Source of the DNA: Sphaerodactylus townsendi
Taxonomy: Eukaryota
Reading direction: 5' to 3'
NCBI RefSeq assembly: GCF_021028975.2
Contig: NC_059426.1
Coordinates: forward strand, 150,102,001 to 150,166,000
Length of the DNA: 64,000 nt
This document shows, one piece after another, positions 10,787-23,891 of this stretch; positions within the stretch are counted from its first letter, which is position 1; every line of letters begins with the position of its first letter. Under the pieces are notes generated by a model that searched no databases, had not been told where the DNA came from, and was given only the letters and a program-made list of their open reading frames with translations. The position numbers and the translations under genes are program-made.

Positions 10787-13700
10787 TCAGTTCTTTCCCT
10801 GAAAAGGACTCCAAGCTTAGGCTGTGGTAGGTTCATTTAATGACTATTCATCCCTATTAATTTAATGATATGTCCTTATTGACAGCATATGTAAAGCTCC
10901 AATCTTTCTTGGGATCTATATGATTCCTATAGGTGCCATGACATCCACCAAGGTGTTTGCTGATACCTGCTTACTTTATTAGTCGTAGGAAGAAAACCCG
11001 AATGAATGAAGTTATAAAGGGTTTTAAAGAATGCTGGCATGGTAAATACTGGAAGGGATGCTCAAACACTCATTAGTTCATCTCACATCCTCATCCTGAT
11101 ATTTCTGCCATCAGTTCAGTAGTTCATTGAGGTTTGTTGATATTCAGTAGGTGGCCTCACTGTGATCCTTCACCATATTCCTTCTTAATTATACAGTACA
11201 GTGCAGTTAGCTTTTTGTGCATGCACATTTCTCGCCCAACCAAGTTCTATTACTCAAAAAACTCTCTGAATACTCCAAAATATACACTGAATGTTCATTT
11301 TGTTCAATAAATCTTTTCTCAGGAGAATGTACATAAGATTACAGCATCTGGCATTTTGAACTTTGCAGCTGAACATTACCAGCAGTTGCCCAAGAATTTG
11401 ATTTGTTAATTGATGGATGGATGGACTGATTGGCTAATTGAAAGCTAACTGGTTATTATGTTTAACTAGAAGTGATCTTTTTTAAAAAAAAATCATCTTT
11501 TTTTTTTGGATTTTCTGAGGGAAAACCAGGAATAGGAAATTTTGATCAAGGAAGTCTGTAAACCTTCAAGCAACAAAGTGGGTGTTTGCATTGAGATGGA
11601 AAAATGGAGGGACTGCCCATTCACCATCTGAGTCAGAAAACAAGCCATTATTATTATGTCAGTAGGAATATTAGATTGATACCAAAGGCTGCTTCCCATT
11701 CTGCATTTTTGGTTCATGTTTTACAAATAGATTCACCATAATAAAGGTAAATCCATGCATGTGCACCATGCTTACTCTCTGGACTTCTGAGTTCTAAATT
11801 ACCTGGTCTTGTTTCTGAATTGGAGCTGATATATTAGCCACCTTCCATTTCTCTTCTTCATTACTATTGTGGTGGTAGTTGTTATTTATGTCAGGCATCT
11901 GTGTGTATGTTTGTCACAACTTTCTCAACTCTCTTGATTTGTGGTGCATGTGGATGCATTCGTTGTATGTGAGATCAATATTGTTTTTCAATTAATGTAC
12001 TGTGCAGATCAGCATTATAAAATGTGGGGGGAAGGAGTGAAAATGCAGAAACAGGAACACCACGTGAACATGTGAAGCTACCTCATACCAACACAGGCCA
12101 TTAGGACATCCAACTCAATGTTCTGACTGGAAGTGCCTCTGCAGGACCTCAGGAAGATAAAAGTATTTTGTAATGCTTGCTACATCAGATCCTTGGAGTG
12201 CCAGTTATTCTATATACGACTAAGAACACACAAACATGTTTAATCTTTTATGTTCTCTTAAGTTCATGGAGCCCTTATCCTCCATCCAAATTTCTTATAG
12301 ATTGTCCAAGTTCAGTTGTTCATTTTCCAATGTTTTCCCAGGCTTTGACATCTGCTTTATTACTGTGAGACAATATGAATGAACAAATAACCTTACAGAC
12401 ACAAATTGTGTATGATTTGCCCTTTTGTTCGCTTTTGTTCTTATTCAATTACTCTTATTGTTAAAACCTCTGAGTCACTTCAACATTTATTCAAGTAGTT
12501 AGAAGATGGTCCTCCTTTTTTAAAAAAAATGAGTTTTGTCTTTGAGGCACTAAGTTTTTTCTTTTGTTTTCCTTTTGGATGATAGGGAGTGGTTGGAATC
12601 TTAGGGCATTTTTTGGAGCATGGTGAGAGTCCAGAGGTCAGGACTCTGGACAGGAAGGTAGGGTTGCTTGGTAGGGTGAGGTGTAGGTGAATGGGGAAAT
12701 GGGGATGTGTGTGGGAGGCCCCCCAGACATTGTTATTTGTTTTGAAGATTACTCTGTTTACCAACTATGTTTTGACCAGTGAGCTAAAATAACTCTTAGA
12801 AATGGCAAATTTTTCCGATCCCACACATGAAGTCCTGAAATTCAGACATGAAAGACCTACTACATACAAAACATGTGCTTTCCCACTAAATTATGGCAAA
12901 AAGCCATTGCAGTATAAGAGAAAGGGTCCAAAGTAACTAAACAAGCAGATTACTTTCAATAAGAAAGGTCATGCATAAATTCATCTTGCCATTAGGCTCT
13001 TTAATATGGTATGATGACTCACCAGGCCTCCAACAGTGATTATGGAGAAAGAAAGACCAACTTAAGGTAGCAACAGTGAAATAACTGGATTCTCTTAATA
13101 GGCATACCCCTGTGGAAGCAGAAGTATGCCAATTATCAAAGGCTCCAACGAATATATTGTTCTATTAGACATTCTCTTTATTCCATGAACTGCTTGAGGG
13201 GAGAAAATTCTCTGAAAAGGCTTTTTTTTAAAGCTATGTTAAAAGTTCAGTCAAGCTGACTTCTTTAGTATAAGGAACAGAACTGAGCAAGGAAAGGAAA
13301 AGAGTTAATTCATACTAGAAAGTTTCACTGAAAGTTGATGGCATCTGAAAATGAGGTCACAAGTACATTTTTTCCAGGAAATAGTTATTTGGGAATGACT
13401 CATCATATTAGATAAAATTGGGCTGCAGGTGATACAGACACAACCCTTCTGACCACTACATTTAAATTATTGGACACATACTGTGAAGGTGAGAGATTGG
13501 GGGGGGGACTCCCTCTTTCCCACTTTCCAATATCCAAAGGCAATTAATGTTCCCCAATTCTCCTAAAATCCTTTCTTCTTCTTTTTTCACTGCTTATCAG
13601 CTTTTCTATGTATGTATGTATATAATCTTTTTGGGGGAGGGGTTCTCGCCTTCTTTCTTTCCTCCTTCCTTTTCCTTTTTCTCTTTTTTAACCTTCCATT

Positions 13701-14039
13701 TCACCCCTTCCCCTACTTCCCTTCCCCCTTCTCAGTCTACCAGATGGGTGGCCTGCTGAACCCTCTGACGCACCTGCCTACCCATGCAATTTAGGCTTGT
13801 GCTTCTAAAAGATGGGTGTTGAGGGAAGTACAATTTACTGCTTGCCTCAGGTGGAATTTTCTGTAGATATGCCCCTGAAGACTGTTAGACCTCTGCTAAA
13901 AAAAATCTTTGATTGGCTAGAACGAGGAGGACAGTTACAGAGTGTCTGATGTCAGGGTATCTGTTGACAGAATAGCTAAGACATGGCTAAGACATCTGCC
14001 CTTGGCCCATTTCAATCTAGATACAGGGCCTCCATTTGG

Positions 14040-14835
14040 AATTAGGATGGTTTAGTTGCACTGGAGGATGGTCTTCATTTGAAGTTGAATGTTGATAATC
14101 TTCTCTGTTGATACTGCAGGTCCTCTCAGCAGCCTTTGGTACGAATTAACTGCTCCACTCTTATCCACCAGCTTAAATATGGTGGCACATACAAGATATT
14201 GCTGAATTAGATGGTCTGGTACTTTGGAATTGGGTGTCATCAATATGCAGATAATATCCAGTTCTATAATTTATTATCTAAGCCTCCAGATGTCTCCGTC
14301 TTGCTTCTGAACTGCTGCTTTGAGGTTGTGATTAGGTGACTAAGGAAGCACAAACTGAAACTGAATCCCTACAAGCCATAGGTAATGCTGGTTGGGAAGT
14401 CTGATATTCTAAAAGGATTGCACCCACTCATCCTAGATGGAGTGACATTAGCTTTTTCAGAACAGGTTTAGAGCGTGGGGGTGCTCATGGACTGCCTTGC
14501 CAGAAGCATCTTCTATCAACTGCATCTGATTCATCAACTATCTCATTACCCAGACTTTGCAAATCTTGCCATGCTGAGTCATGCTTCTTTAACCTCATGT
14601 CTGGATTACTGGAATGTGCTGGAATGTGTGGTTGCCCTTGAACACAACTCAGAAACTACACCTGGTCCAGGATGCAGCAGCCTGACTATTTTCAGGGGCT
14701 TGCTGCCAGGAACATATGTTGCCCATTTTGAACAACTATCAGTTTGTTTGTTTTAGTCAGTGTGCTCATTATGACCATTAAAGCCCTTCATGACCTGGAA
14801 CTCACCTATTTGAGGGATCATCTCCTTTCTTATGT
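14040..14835 (+). mobile_element. Degenerate L2 LINE ORF2 fragment
   Basis: CHQYADNIQ (RT YADD-like motif) at ~14235-14260, followed by SCLDYWN and C-terminal L2-like remnants. Confidence 0.75.
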
Positions 14836-14854
14836 CCCTGTGTAACACCAGGCA

Positions 14855-15128
14855 GCCATCTGTGGTGCAGTGATTAAGCGTGGTGCATTCAAATCCAGAT
14901 AGCCAAATTTGATTCCCCACTCCTCCACCTGAGTGGCAGACTCTAATCTGATGAACCAGGTTTGTTTTCTCACTCCTCCTCAGATAGTCTTAGGCGACCT
15001 TAGGCTAGTCACAGTTGTCTCAGAACTCTCTGAGTCCCACCTGCCTCGCAAGGTGTCTGTTGTGGAGAGGGGAAAGGAATGAGCTTGTAAGCCATTTTGG
15101 GATATAAAAACCAACTATTCTTCTTCCT
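14855..15128 (+). mobile_element. tRNA-derived SINE (Squam3-like) with duplicated head
   Basis: Head tgtggtgcagtgattaag, B-box-like tttgattcccc, body gaccttaggctagtcacag, (CTT)n tail. Confidence 0.8.
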
Positions 15129-15684
15129 CTATCAGCTATCCCACCATTCAGATCCTTGGCCATTTCTATTGTGGTTCTGATTCTGTGGAATGGGCTCCTG
15201 AAGAGGTGAGGAGCCTCTTCCTTGGAGATTTTCACAAGTCCTGCCTGCCACAGCTTTGAGGGAGTTTGGCAGGCAACTTTTAAGAGAAGAGATGTTTCAG
15301 GGTTTGCTATTTTATTTTTGGTTTCAAACTTAGAATTCTTTAAACCATTATTGTAAACCATCTTGAATCACGAGGAAAAATGGAATATATTTGTTTAGTA
15401 CATAGATAAATGTCTAGACAAATATTTAGCATTCCTAAACTGGTGGTGAAAAGTTGTATCATGGGGCTTATGCATGCCGTTTACTTGATGACTTCTGTTA
15501 CATATGTCCATGGGCAATCACAAAGAGAATGTTTATTATCTTCTGTAACATAGTGGGTTGGATTGCAAAATCTATCAGTGGAAGGTGCTGATAGTCAGGA
15601 ATCTTTCTTGTGCTCTCTGCCCCCAACTGTCCCTTCTGACCCAGGAAGCTTACTTCCACAATTACAAGACCTACAAGAATCAAA

Positions 15685-16075
15685 AGAGTTTTCAGTTAAA
15701 CATTAAAAAGAACTTCCAGACAGTTAACAGCAGTTGCAGCAGTTCTTCAATGGGACAGGGAGATGGTGGGATCTCCTTCTTTGGAGGTTTTAAAGCAGGG
15801 GCTAGATGGCCATTTGACAGCAATGCTGATTCTGTGAACTTAAGCAGATTATGTGGTCCTTCCTTACATGCCCAGGGCAATGCTGATCACCACTTTAAGG
15901 TCAAGATGGAATTGGCCAGATGGCCAGGGATCCCATAGAGTTTTTGCCTTCTTTTTGGCATTAAATGGGGTCCATTAGGCAATAAAGGAGGAGGTAGTTG
16001 TGAATTTCTTGTGTTGTGCGGGAAATTGGATTAGATGACCTTTGGTGTACTTTCCAGCTCTATGTTTCTATGAAC
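15685..16075 (+). mobile_element. CR1 LINE 3' end
   Basis: CR1-like terminus (ttggaggttttaaagcaggggctagatggccatt ... ttccagctctatgtttctatga). Confidence 0.7.
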
Positions 16076-17513
16076 TAATAGTCTTGTAAGTTGGGGGAGG
16101 GATGTACTGAGAAGGAGGAAGCAGCAAAATTGCACTCCTGCCTGTAGTGGCAGCAGAGCTGGTGCTTGCAATTGAGGCAGGACACGGTGATTCCATCCCA
16201 TTTCCTCTCTCCAGTTCTTCCCTCCAACCTATATAGGTCCCATGTTTAAATACTGGTTATTTGCCACCAACCTTTGGGGAGACAACAGTTATTACACTAT
16301 CAATATTAACCCCCCCCCCAATAATAAGGCCAGCGAAGGCAAAGATGGATGCACAAGTGTCTGAGCATCTAATAAGATCAGTGCCATTAAACCGCAATGA
16401 CATTCAATGTTAAATTCGTAATACATAAGATGAAGCGTCAGCCTGCAGGTGGAAAGCTGATTTATAAGTTTCCTTATTGCCCAAGAGTACCCTTGCATAG
16501 CATAACACTAAACTAATCTTTTTTGTTCTGCAAAGATGGACTACGTGGGGAGTGCCCCCCTCCACCCTCATGATTGCACAGATGCAGCCTTGATTTTGTT
16601 TATATATGTGGTTTGAAGTACCTAGGTTAATAGATGCCAAATGCAGCTCAGTAAAGATAAAAAGAGAATAATGAGTGTGGGAGGAAAGAATAAAATGAGC
16701 AGCAGCTAAATGGAAAAGTGCCGCAGCATAATGACCAGGAAATAGATTTAAGAAATATTGCCAAAAAAATGTTCTTCGAGGCTTCCACCAAAATTGCAGC
16801 TACTTTGAATGACACAAATAGGATACAAGCTTGCATTTCTCCTGTAACAGCAATATAAATACGATACGAGCTGCGATACGACACAATAAGCATATCCTTC
16901 ATTCTGCAGCTCATAGTATTGCCAAATTGGCAATGGCATACTGGCTTGGGTGTAATTACTCTTGATTGGGAGCAACATAGATCAGCTAAGATTACAAGCG
17001 ATTTCAAAGGATAATTATATTGGGATGACAGATAAAACAGGTTTTGTGCTAGCGTCTATAATAAACTGTCACAATCATTCATTTATTATATGGATGCACA
17101 GTTGGACTTTACTAATCAAGTTCTGACTTGAACTGTGTCCATTTGTAAATAGTCCAAATATGAACAGAATTATTTCCAGCATTCAAGACTGGTTGGAATC
17201 CCTCTAACTATTTAGTCATTCTGGAAGTCTGATGTCTGTCCCAAAGCGACAGTAAGTGGGAGGGACAGTCAGGTTTGAAAACAATGCAGATATATGCCTA
17301 AGAGGGGCATCATCCAACCAGAACTGCATGCCGATTTCCTTGCCAAACATGATTTTTTTGAATTGCCAATTCTGTGCACAGCATTTCCCCTCTGGTTGGC
17401 AGGGCATATAGAAGGACAGAGACATGTATTACAGCTTTTTCTCCCTCCCTCAAGATAGGAAGTCAGCCCAGCTCCCCCTGAAGGGTCAGAGCCATTGCTT
17501 GGACATACTAGAA

Positions 17514-17669
17514 TTGTGAGGGAGTGTAATTTTGAGACTCCAGATGATTACAGGACTCTGCCAGCATGGCCCATCAGCCCCTGCCAGCATGGCCAATTGG
17601 CCATGCTGGCAGGGGCTGATGGGAATTGTAGTCCATAACATCTGGAGTGCCAAAGGTTCGCCACCACTG
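17514..17669. mobile_element. Palindromic hAT MITE with damaged left arm
   Basis: TSD tactagaa (17506-17513, 17670-17677); right TIR aggttcgccaccactg; central palindrome ccagcatggccaattggccatgctgg. Confidence 0.8.
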
Positions 17670-18143
17670 TACTAGAACATGATCAGAGTTGCTGATACTG
17701 GAGGGATGCAGGGAGAGACTAGACATTTCTCTTTCACTGACTTGCAGTACGAACAGGTTATATAGAGAAGCAAAAGCCAAAGACTTCCCCACCACCAGGA
17801 TGAGACTTCCAAAACAATAATAAACAGGAAACAGTCATAGAGAGAGATACTATCAATGTTAGTTATCATGAAGGCGCTGATCATTTCCCTGTACAAGAGA
17901 AAAACACTAAGACCTCCCAGATATCTTTGGTATCTTAAAGCAGGCTGGGTGCAAAATGATATGCATGCACCCTCATGTAAAGTAGGGAAGGTCTACTGCT
18001 ATACAAAACCAAAGTGCACCAGTAAATGCTACTTTTCTGCCCCTCCCCCCTTCTTCCCAAATACAGCCAAGTAAACTAAGCTGGTCTGTGTAGGGATTCC
18101 AGGGTTAAATTCTCTTCCCTTGTATTTTCTGGTTTTGTTAAAA

Positions 18144-18153
18144 TACACACACA

Positions 18154-18202
<49 letters not shown>
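18144..18202 (+). repeat. (CA)n(GA)n compound microsatellite
   Basis: Seen directly in the sequence. Confidence 0.97.
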
Positions 18203-18206
<4 letters not shown>

Positions 18207-19267
18207 CAACAACACAGATTTCCCCTTCTATCCCCATAACTTCATGAACATCCCAACAACAAGGAAAAACAAACTTGCTCATGAATATTCCAACATCTTT
18301 ATGGGTCGGCTCTCCAAAGGAGAATTTGGGTTTTTTTTTCCCTATCTGCCTGCCATTTGTCCTTGGGGACAAAGACATTTCCTAAGAATTTCATTCCAGA
18401 TGGGTGAGTTCCCACCTGGACATGTATTTTCTCTTCAAACCAATGAGAATGGCTATCAGATCCTGATCTGACCCGCTTTAACACAAATATCAAAGAAAAC
18501 AACTTGAAGTTTAAAAGAGGCAGAAGGATCAAATCTGACTTTTCCCATACTCCTAATATATACAGCACATTAAAACAAATGAATGAACAAAAAAACATAA
18601 AGCATCACAACTTTGTTCTTCTTCTGCGAACTACAAGGTGAGATAACCTGAAATCTGTTTTCCCTTATTTTATTGATAAGAAACAAGAGGAAGTGCAACA
18701 ATTCCCCTCCAAAGATGCAAGTATAAAGCAGAGATTGGGTTTTTTGTCCTCCTGCTTTATACCTGTACTGTGGGATGGATCCCCCGCCCCCGCTTTATTT
18801 TATAACATTGTTTTTACTCTGTTCTCTTTAATTGCAGTATGCTACATTGAGCCATTTCTGGAGAATGTGGCTAATAATGAATAAATAAAATGATGTTCAC
18901 ATTTCTAGAAATTCATCTTGATTAAAGTTATCAGATTTTCTCCTTACTGTTTAGCCTTAGAATATATTGGGCATATTCCAGAGAGCATTCATTCAGGATA
19001 ATAGCAAGGTCCAACAAACCTGGCCAGTACCTCAGAACATTCTTTGAAAACTTCTGAATGTGCTAGGATTCCACGGCAGACTTTCAAGGATTCTTTGGCA
19101 GAAATCTTGATTGGGAAAGAATTCCCCAAGGGAAGACAGCACAAAAAGCTCTGGTGTAGCTGCAAGACAGCAGAAATGAACAAACACAACTTGCTTTAGA
19201 ATGTCTCTGCCATTTTACATCATTGAACACATACTTTGTCTTCATATAAAGGGCTGACTCTGAGACC

Positions 19268-19478
19268 CAGCAGGGTGTAGTGGTTAAGCGGACTCTTATC
19301 TGGTGAACGAGGTTTGTTTTCCCACTCCTACATATGAAACCTGCTGTGTGACCTTGGACTAGTTAAAGTTCTTTCAACCTCACAAAGTGTCCGCTATTGT
19401 AAGAGGAAGAGAAGGAGATTGTAAGCTGCTTTGAGACTCCTTATGGATGAGAAAAGTAGGGTATAAATCCAAACTCAT
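19268..19478 (+). mobile_element. Squam3-like tRNA-derived SINE (partial)
   Basis: Same head, body and tail motifs as 44866-45157. Confidence 0.75.
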
Positions 19479-19629
19479 CAGTAAGACAGGTTTGAACACA
19501 CCACTATAGATCTGATTGTTTTTCTTTGGGGCTTTTCTAAATCCAACGTCTTCTGATATACTTTTAAAACAGGTTGAGAACCACTGTGCTAGGGCAAGGA
19601 TAAGGACCAAGTGGAATGATCTCTGTCTT

Positions 19630-19758
19630 GCTTTCACATCCTGCATGTGAGCTCCCAAAGGCACCTGGTGGGCCACTGCAAGTAGCAGAGAGCTGGACTA
19701 GATGGACTCTGGTCTGATCATCCAGCTGGCTTGTTCTTATGTTCTTATGTTCTTATGA
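19630..19758 (+). mobile_element. CR1 LINE 3' terminus with (TTCTTATG)n tail
   Basis: Near reverse-complement match to 60866-60975. Confidence 0.85.
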
Positions 19759-19811
19759 TCATGACACAACTGGCTCTAGCTGTGCTGTGCTGTCATTTAT
19801 AGCTTCTATAG

Positions 19812-19958
19812 CAGGGGTCTGCAACCTGCGGCTCTCCAGATGTTCATGGACTACAATTCCCATCAGCCTCTGCCAGCATGGCCAATTGGCCATGCAGGCA
19901 GGGGCTGGTGGGATTTGTAGTCCATGAACATCTGGAGAGCCGCAGATTGCAGACCCCT
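19812..19958. mobile_element. Palindromic hAT MITE
   Basis: TIRs caggggtctgcaacctgcggctctccagatg; near-perfect hairpin over the full length; partial TSD ctatag. Confidence 0.9.
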
Positions 19959-20370
19959 CTATAGGATTTGAAGGATGGATTGCTGATCTGCAATACAGCT
20001 TTCATGACACATTTGTGCAGACTTCAGCAATTGCTGGAATTTCACAAGAGCAGCGAACAAGCCCCTTCCCCCCTTTTTTTAGCAGTATAGCCCAAAGGAA
20101 AGAATTGATATGTCAACAGTTCTATTCCTACCTCATTCTGCTTTTTCTGAATTTTAATTGCTTGAAGGACTCTGGGTCGGTAGCCATAACTTTCTGTGAA
20201 ACTTCTGGCTTCAGTTTAGTAACAAGAATAAAAGACATATATAACATTTCTAATGAAAATGAGGTGAATCTGATACATATTGAAAAGCCTCATATCCTGA
20301 CAGCTTTCATATGAGCATCAAAAATAGGGACTTTAAAAAAAATAGGGACTTTTAAAAAAAAGCCCTAGCA

Positions 20371-20556
20371 CAGTGGTTCTCAACCTGTGGGTAGCGACCC
20401 CTTTGGGGGTCGAATGACCCTTTCACAGGGGTCACCTAAGACTCTCTGCATCAGTGTTCTCCATCTGTAAAATGGATAAATGTTAGGGTTGGGGGTCACC
20501 ACAACATGAGGAACTGTATTAAAGGATCGTGGCATTAGGAAGGTTGAGAACCACTG
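20371..20556 (+). mobile_element. SPIN (Space Invader) non-autonomous hAT MITE
   Basis: Both ends match the recalled SPIN termini (cagtggttctcaacctgtggg..cgacccctttgggggtcgaa; gggggtcaccacaacatgaggaactgtattaaagg...aggttgagaaccactg); perfect TSD ccctagca. Confidence 0.9.
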
Positions 20557-21073
20557 CCCTAGCACATCCTCAGCTCCTCTAACAATGCCATCTTTGATGT
20601 TTCCAGAATGATGATACTATGGTCAGCACAAAAGTTAAGACTAGTCTCCTTCTGTGATTGGGGATGGTTCCATGCCGAAATGTTTCCCAATGCATATATA
20701 AAACAAGCATTTCATGGAGAAGTTCCATAGGAAGTGGAAGCCTTCCCCTGACATCCTTTTTTTCCTATATGCAAGGGATATCTAGGGAGGAGTATTCAAA
20801 CATACAACTACCACCTCTGAAGTGATATGGTATATGTCACGAAAATCTTTACCTGTGGATTCTGCCCATTGTGTATTAGCAACAAAACCTGCATTAGCAA
20901 CAAAATTGTCTAAAGAGAAATGACAAAGACAGTCCTTCCAGTTGCCATGAATTCTGTGATGAACATGTTGGGCAGTCAAACTTATCATCTTCAGCTGTGA
21001 TTATCAGATGTGATCGGATCACTTGGCCTCAAATGCCTGCTGAACAGGTTTGTGTTGGGTTTATAGAAATTAA

Positions 21074-21322
21074 GAAGAAGAGCTGGGTTTTTTATACCCC
21101 ACTTTCCCCTACCTTTATGAGACTCAGAGTGGCTTACAATTATCGTCTTTTCCCTTCCCCTCCCCACAACAGACACCTTGTGAGGTAGGTGGGGCTGAGA
21201 GAGTTCCCAGAAAACTCTGACTAGCCCAAGGTCACCCAACAGCTTTTATGTTGAAGAGTGGGGAAACATATCCAGTTTGGCAGATTAGAGTCTGCTGCTG
21301 TTAATCACTACAACTCACTGGC
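21074..21322 (-). mobile_element. Squam3-like SINE
   Basis: Reverse complement of the SINE family; (AAG)n tail at the left end. Confidence 0.8.
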
Positions 21323-22892
21323 TTTCAATGCTGTGCTTGCACAAAAACATCATGATCCAAAGAGATCAGCATCCATTATTAGAGGAATGCTGAATGATAG
21401 GGTTTTGTTTCAAAAGACAGCAATTTTTCCAACTGATTTATAAGATTTGGGACTGACTGAACTGTCTATTTACACAGTTTCCAACTGTGTGGAGCAGTGG
21501 TTCAGTAAGAACTGGAGATAGTCCTCTCCACTGGGATGTGACAGAACTTGCATGTACAATGAGCCAATTGCACAGTATTATACCATTCTGAAAGAATTAT
21601 TGAAGCAACCTGTTGAGCAGCTATAAATGAGTCGATGGCCATCCAAAAAGCAGCTCCCTCTTTGCAAATAATGAAATAGATGTGAGCCAGACTGCTTGGA
21701 ACTTCCCCACTCTTTCTAAGAGATGGAAAGACAGTTTTCCATACTTAAAAAATAGGAAGGTAGAATAGAAATTCAGCAATGACAGACTGAGATTTAGACA
21801 GAGAGTCAAAGAGGCTGCCAAGCAAATGCTTCAAAGAGACCTTTCTCAGTCACCTTTCTTTTCCAAGTTATGCATTCATGGATTTAATGGGAGCAGAGAA
21901 GGCAGCATGAAGCTGGCTTTTGTTTAAATATAATTGAAAAGCATTAGCATGGGGGGAAAGTCAGAATAAAGGCTGAGATCAGGCATTTAGAATTGTAGCA
22001 AACGGGAAGGACCTGACCTTGCAGTCTTTATTTAGTCAATACTTTATGGCAGCTGCGTTGATTAGGAAGACTCCCCCTTGAGTTTGAATAAGACTCTGTC
22101 CTTTGCAAACTATTAGTTAGTTTTATTTTTAAGAACAGATGCTCAGAGGCCCACTCTGCATGGGCCATTAAACACGGGTTTAGAACAGGGGAAAAAATCC
22201 GTTTGGGTGAGTCACTTTGCACAGATTTCACCCCTAAAGTGAGTCTGCCCTGTTATTTTAGAACCGTGCTATAAAATCCTGGGTGCAGCCGTTTGAAAGT
22301 GAACGGCCAGGCAGGAGGCACTACATTTGGCTGCGCTTTCCTCTTTTTTTTCATTTTGCAGCTTACATCTGTGTAGCCACACAGGTGAAGATGGTTGTAT
22401 CATGCTATCGTGAGATGTCAGCATGGCTGTGGGGGTTCATTTGTGCATGCCTGCATAGCTATTCATCAATGGAAGGTAAATTTTTAAAAATAGACATACC
22501 TCCATGCAAAGGCGCGACAACAACCCATATTGTTTCCATGGTCTCCAATTGCTGCCTGCACGGATGCATGCAAACGTGAAAACAGGAAAGCAAATTACTA
22601 TATGCCAACTGCAACCCTCTATACATTTGCTGTGCGGAAAAGGCCAAAGGGGGTCCTTGCTGTTATTAATTCTTTCCTTCCAGCCCAGAGGAAGTGTTGT
22701 CTTTTTGCATACAATGCTACTGATTGGCATCTAATAGCGCTTTTCATATTGTTACAGTAAAAAATATTAATGCCTTGGAAACCAAGAATGGGGGTTATCC
22801 TTGAAAAGCAACCATTTTCAAGTGGCCAAGATTCACATCCTCTCAACATTTTATCATTGAAAGTAGGGAAGTGCTTGTAACATCCCCTGATA

Positions 22893-23015
22893 TTGTAATA
22901 GGTGATATAAAAGTCCTCTGCCTCAGACCCTGGAGAGCTGTTACCAGTCGAGCAGACAACACTGACTTCAATTGACCAGCGATCTGACTCTGTATAGGGC
23001 AGCTACATGAGTTCA
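22893..23015 (+). mobile_element. Second tRNA-SINE family (Squam2-like), 3' part
   Basis: Shares gaccctggagagctg..ccagtc..agac with 36393-36582; a minus-strand copy lies near 12060-12170 and a head at 40545-40655. Confidence 0.6.
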
Positions 23016-23891
23016 AGATTCTTATCCATAGCGTATTCCTAAAGACTTTTCTCCATTAGTTACGTGCTGTATTCACTTGCTCTGCAGTAACCTCCCCATT
23101 CATTGACTTAACAGGCAAGACAGTCTTTGCTCTTTTAGAGAAAACATATTAGAAGAATGCAATTGTCTGAAAATATGCATTGTTCAAAATATATTTCAGT
23201 ACACGGAATGGCAGGCTGTCTACTGCAGGGCATTTTACTGTTCATGCACATACACATTAGAGACAAGATGCATCTGCAGCCATCACCTGAGAGGGTGCTA
23301 AACCCAGAAGATCAACTGAAGTAACTCACAGTTACAAAATGTTTATCCACACGCATAACAAGGCAAATACAAGAGCAAACAAGGCCAAGGACAGATGACG
23401 GATGGGTCACAATAAATAGGGGCCAGCTCTGATTAATAGGGACAGTTGGAACAGATGCCTATTTAACTATTTGGGGTATGTGTTGAACAGGCTGTAAAGC
23501 TGGGTTTTCTCAAAAATATGCCAGGTGTTCTTGAAGCAATAATATGAAATGAAATCAGTGAATGTGCACATATACATACAATGCACTTCTCAGTCATAAG
23601 TACAGAACACTGGTATAGGGCAAGGTGGTTTGTGGGTTGCCCTGGCTCCAAAAGGCTAAAACAGCCCCTTGAATTGGATACAAGAAACATTTTGCTACCC
23701 CATTCACCCTTCTGCTGCTTACTAGTCAATCAAACTTTTGCTCACACACAGTTGTACAGAAACACATGCATCATTTTGAGCATGCACTCAATTGCATACC
23801 CCACATACATACCCTGTACACCCTACAACAGATTTTTTCTTTGTTCTTTTCTGGCTGTATTGCTTTCTATACAGACAAGAAAGAACACTGC

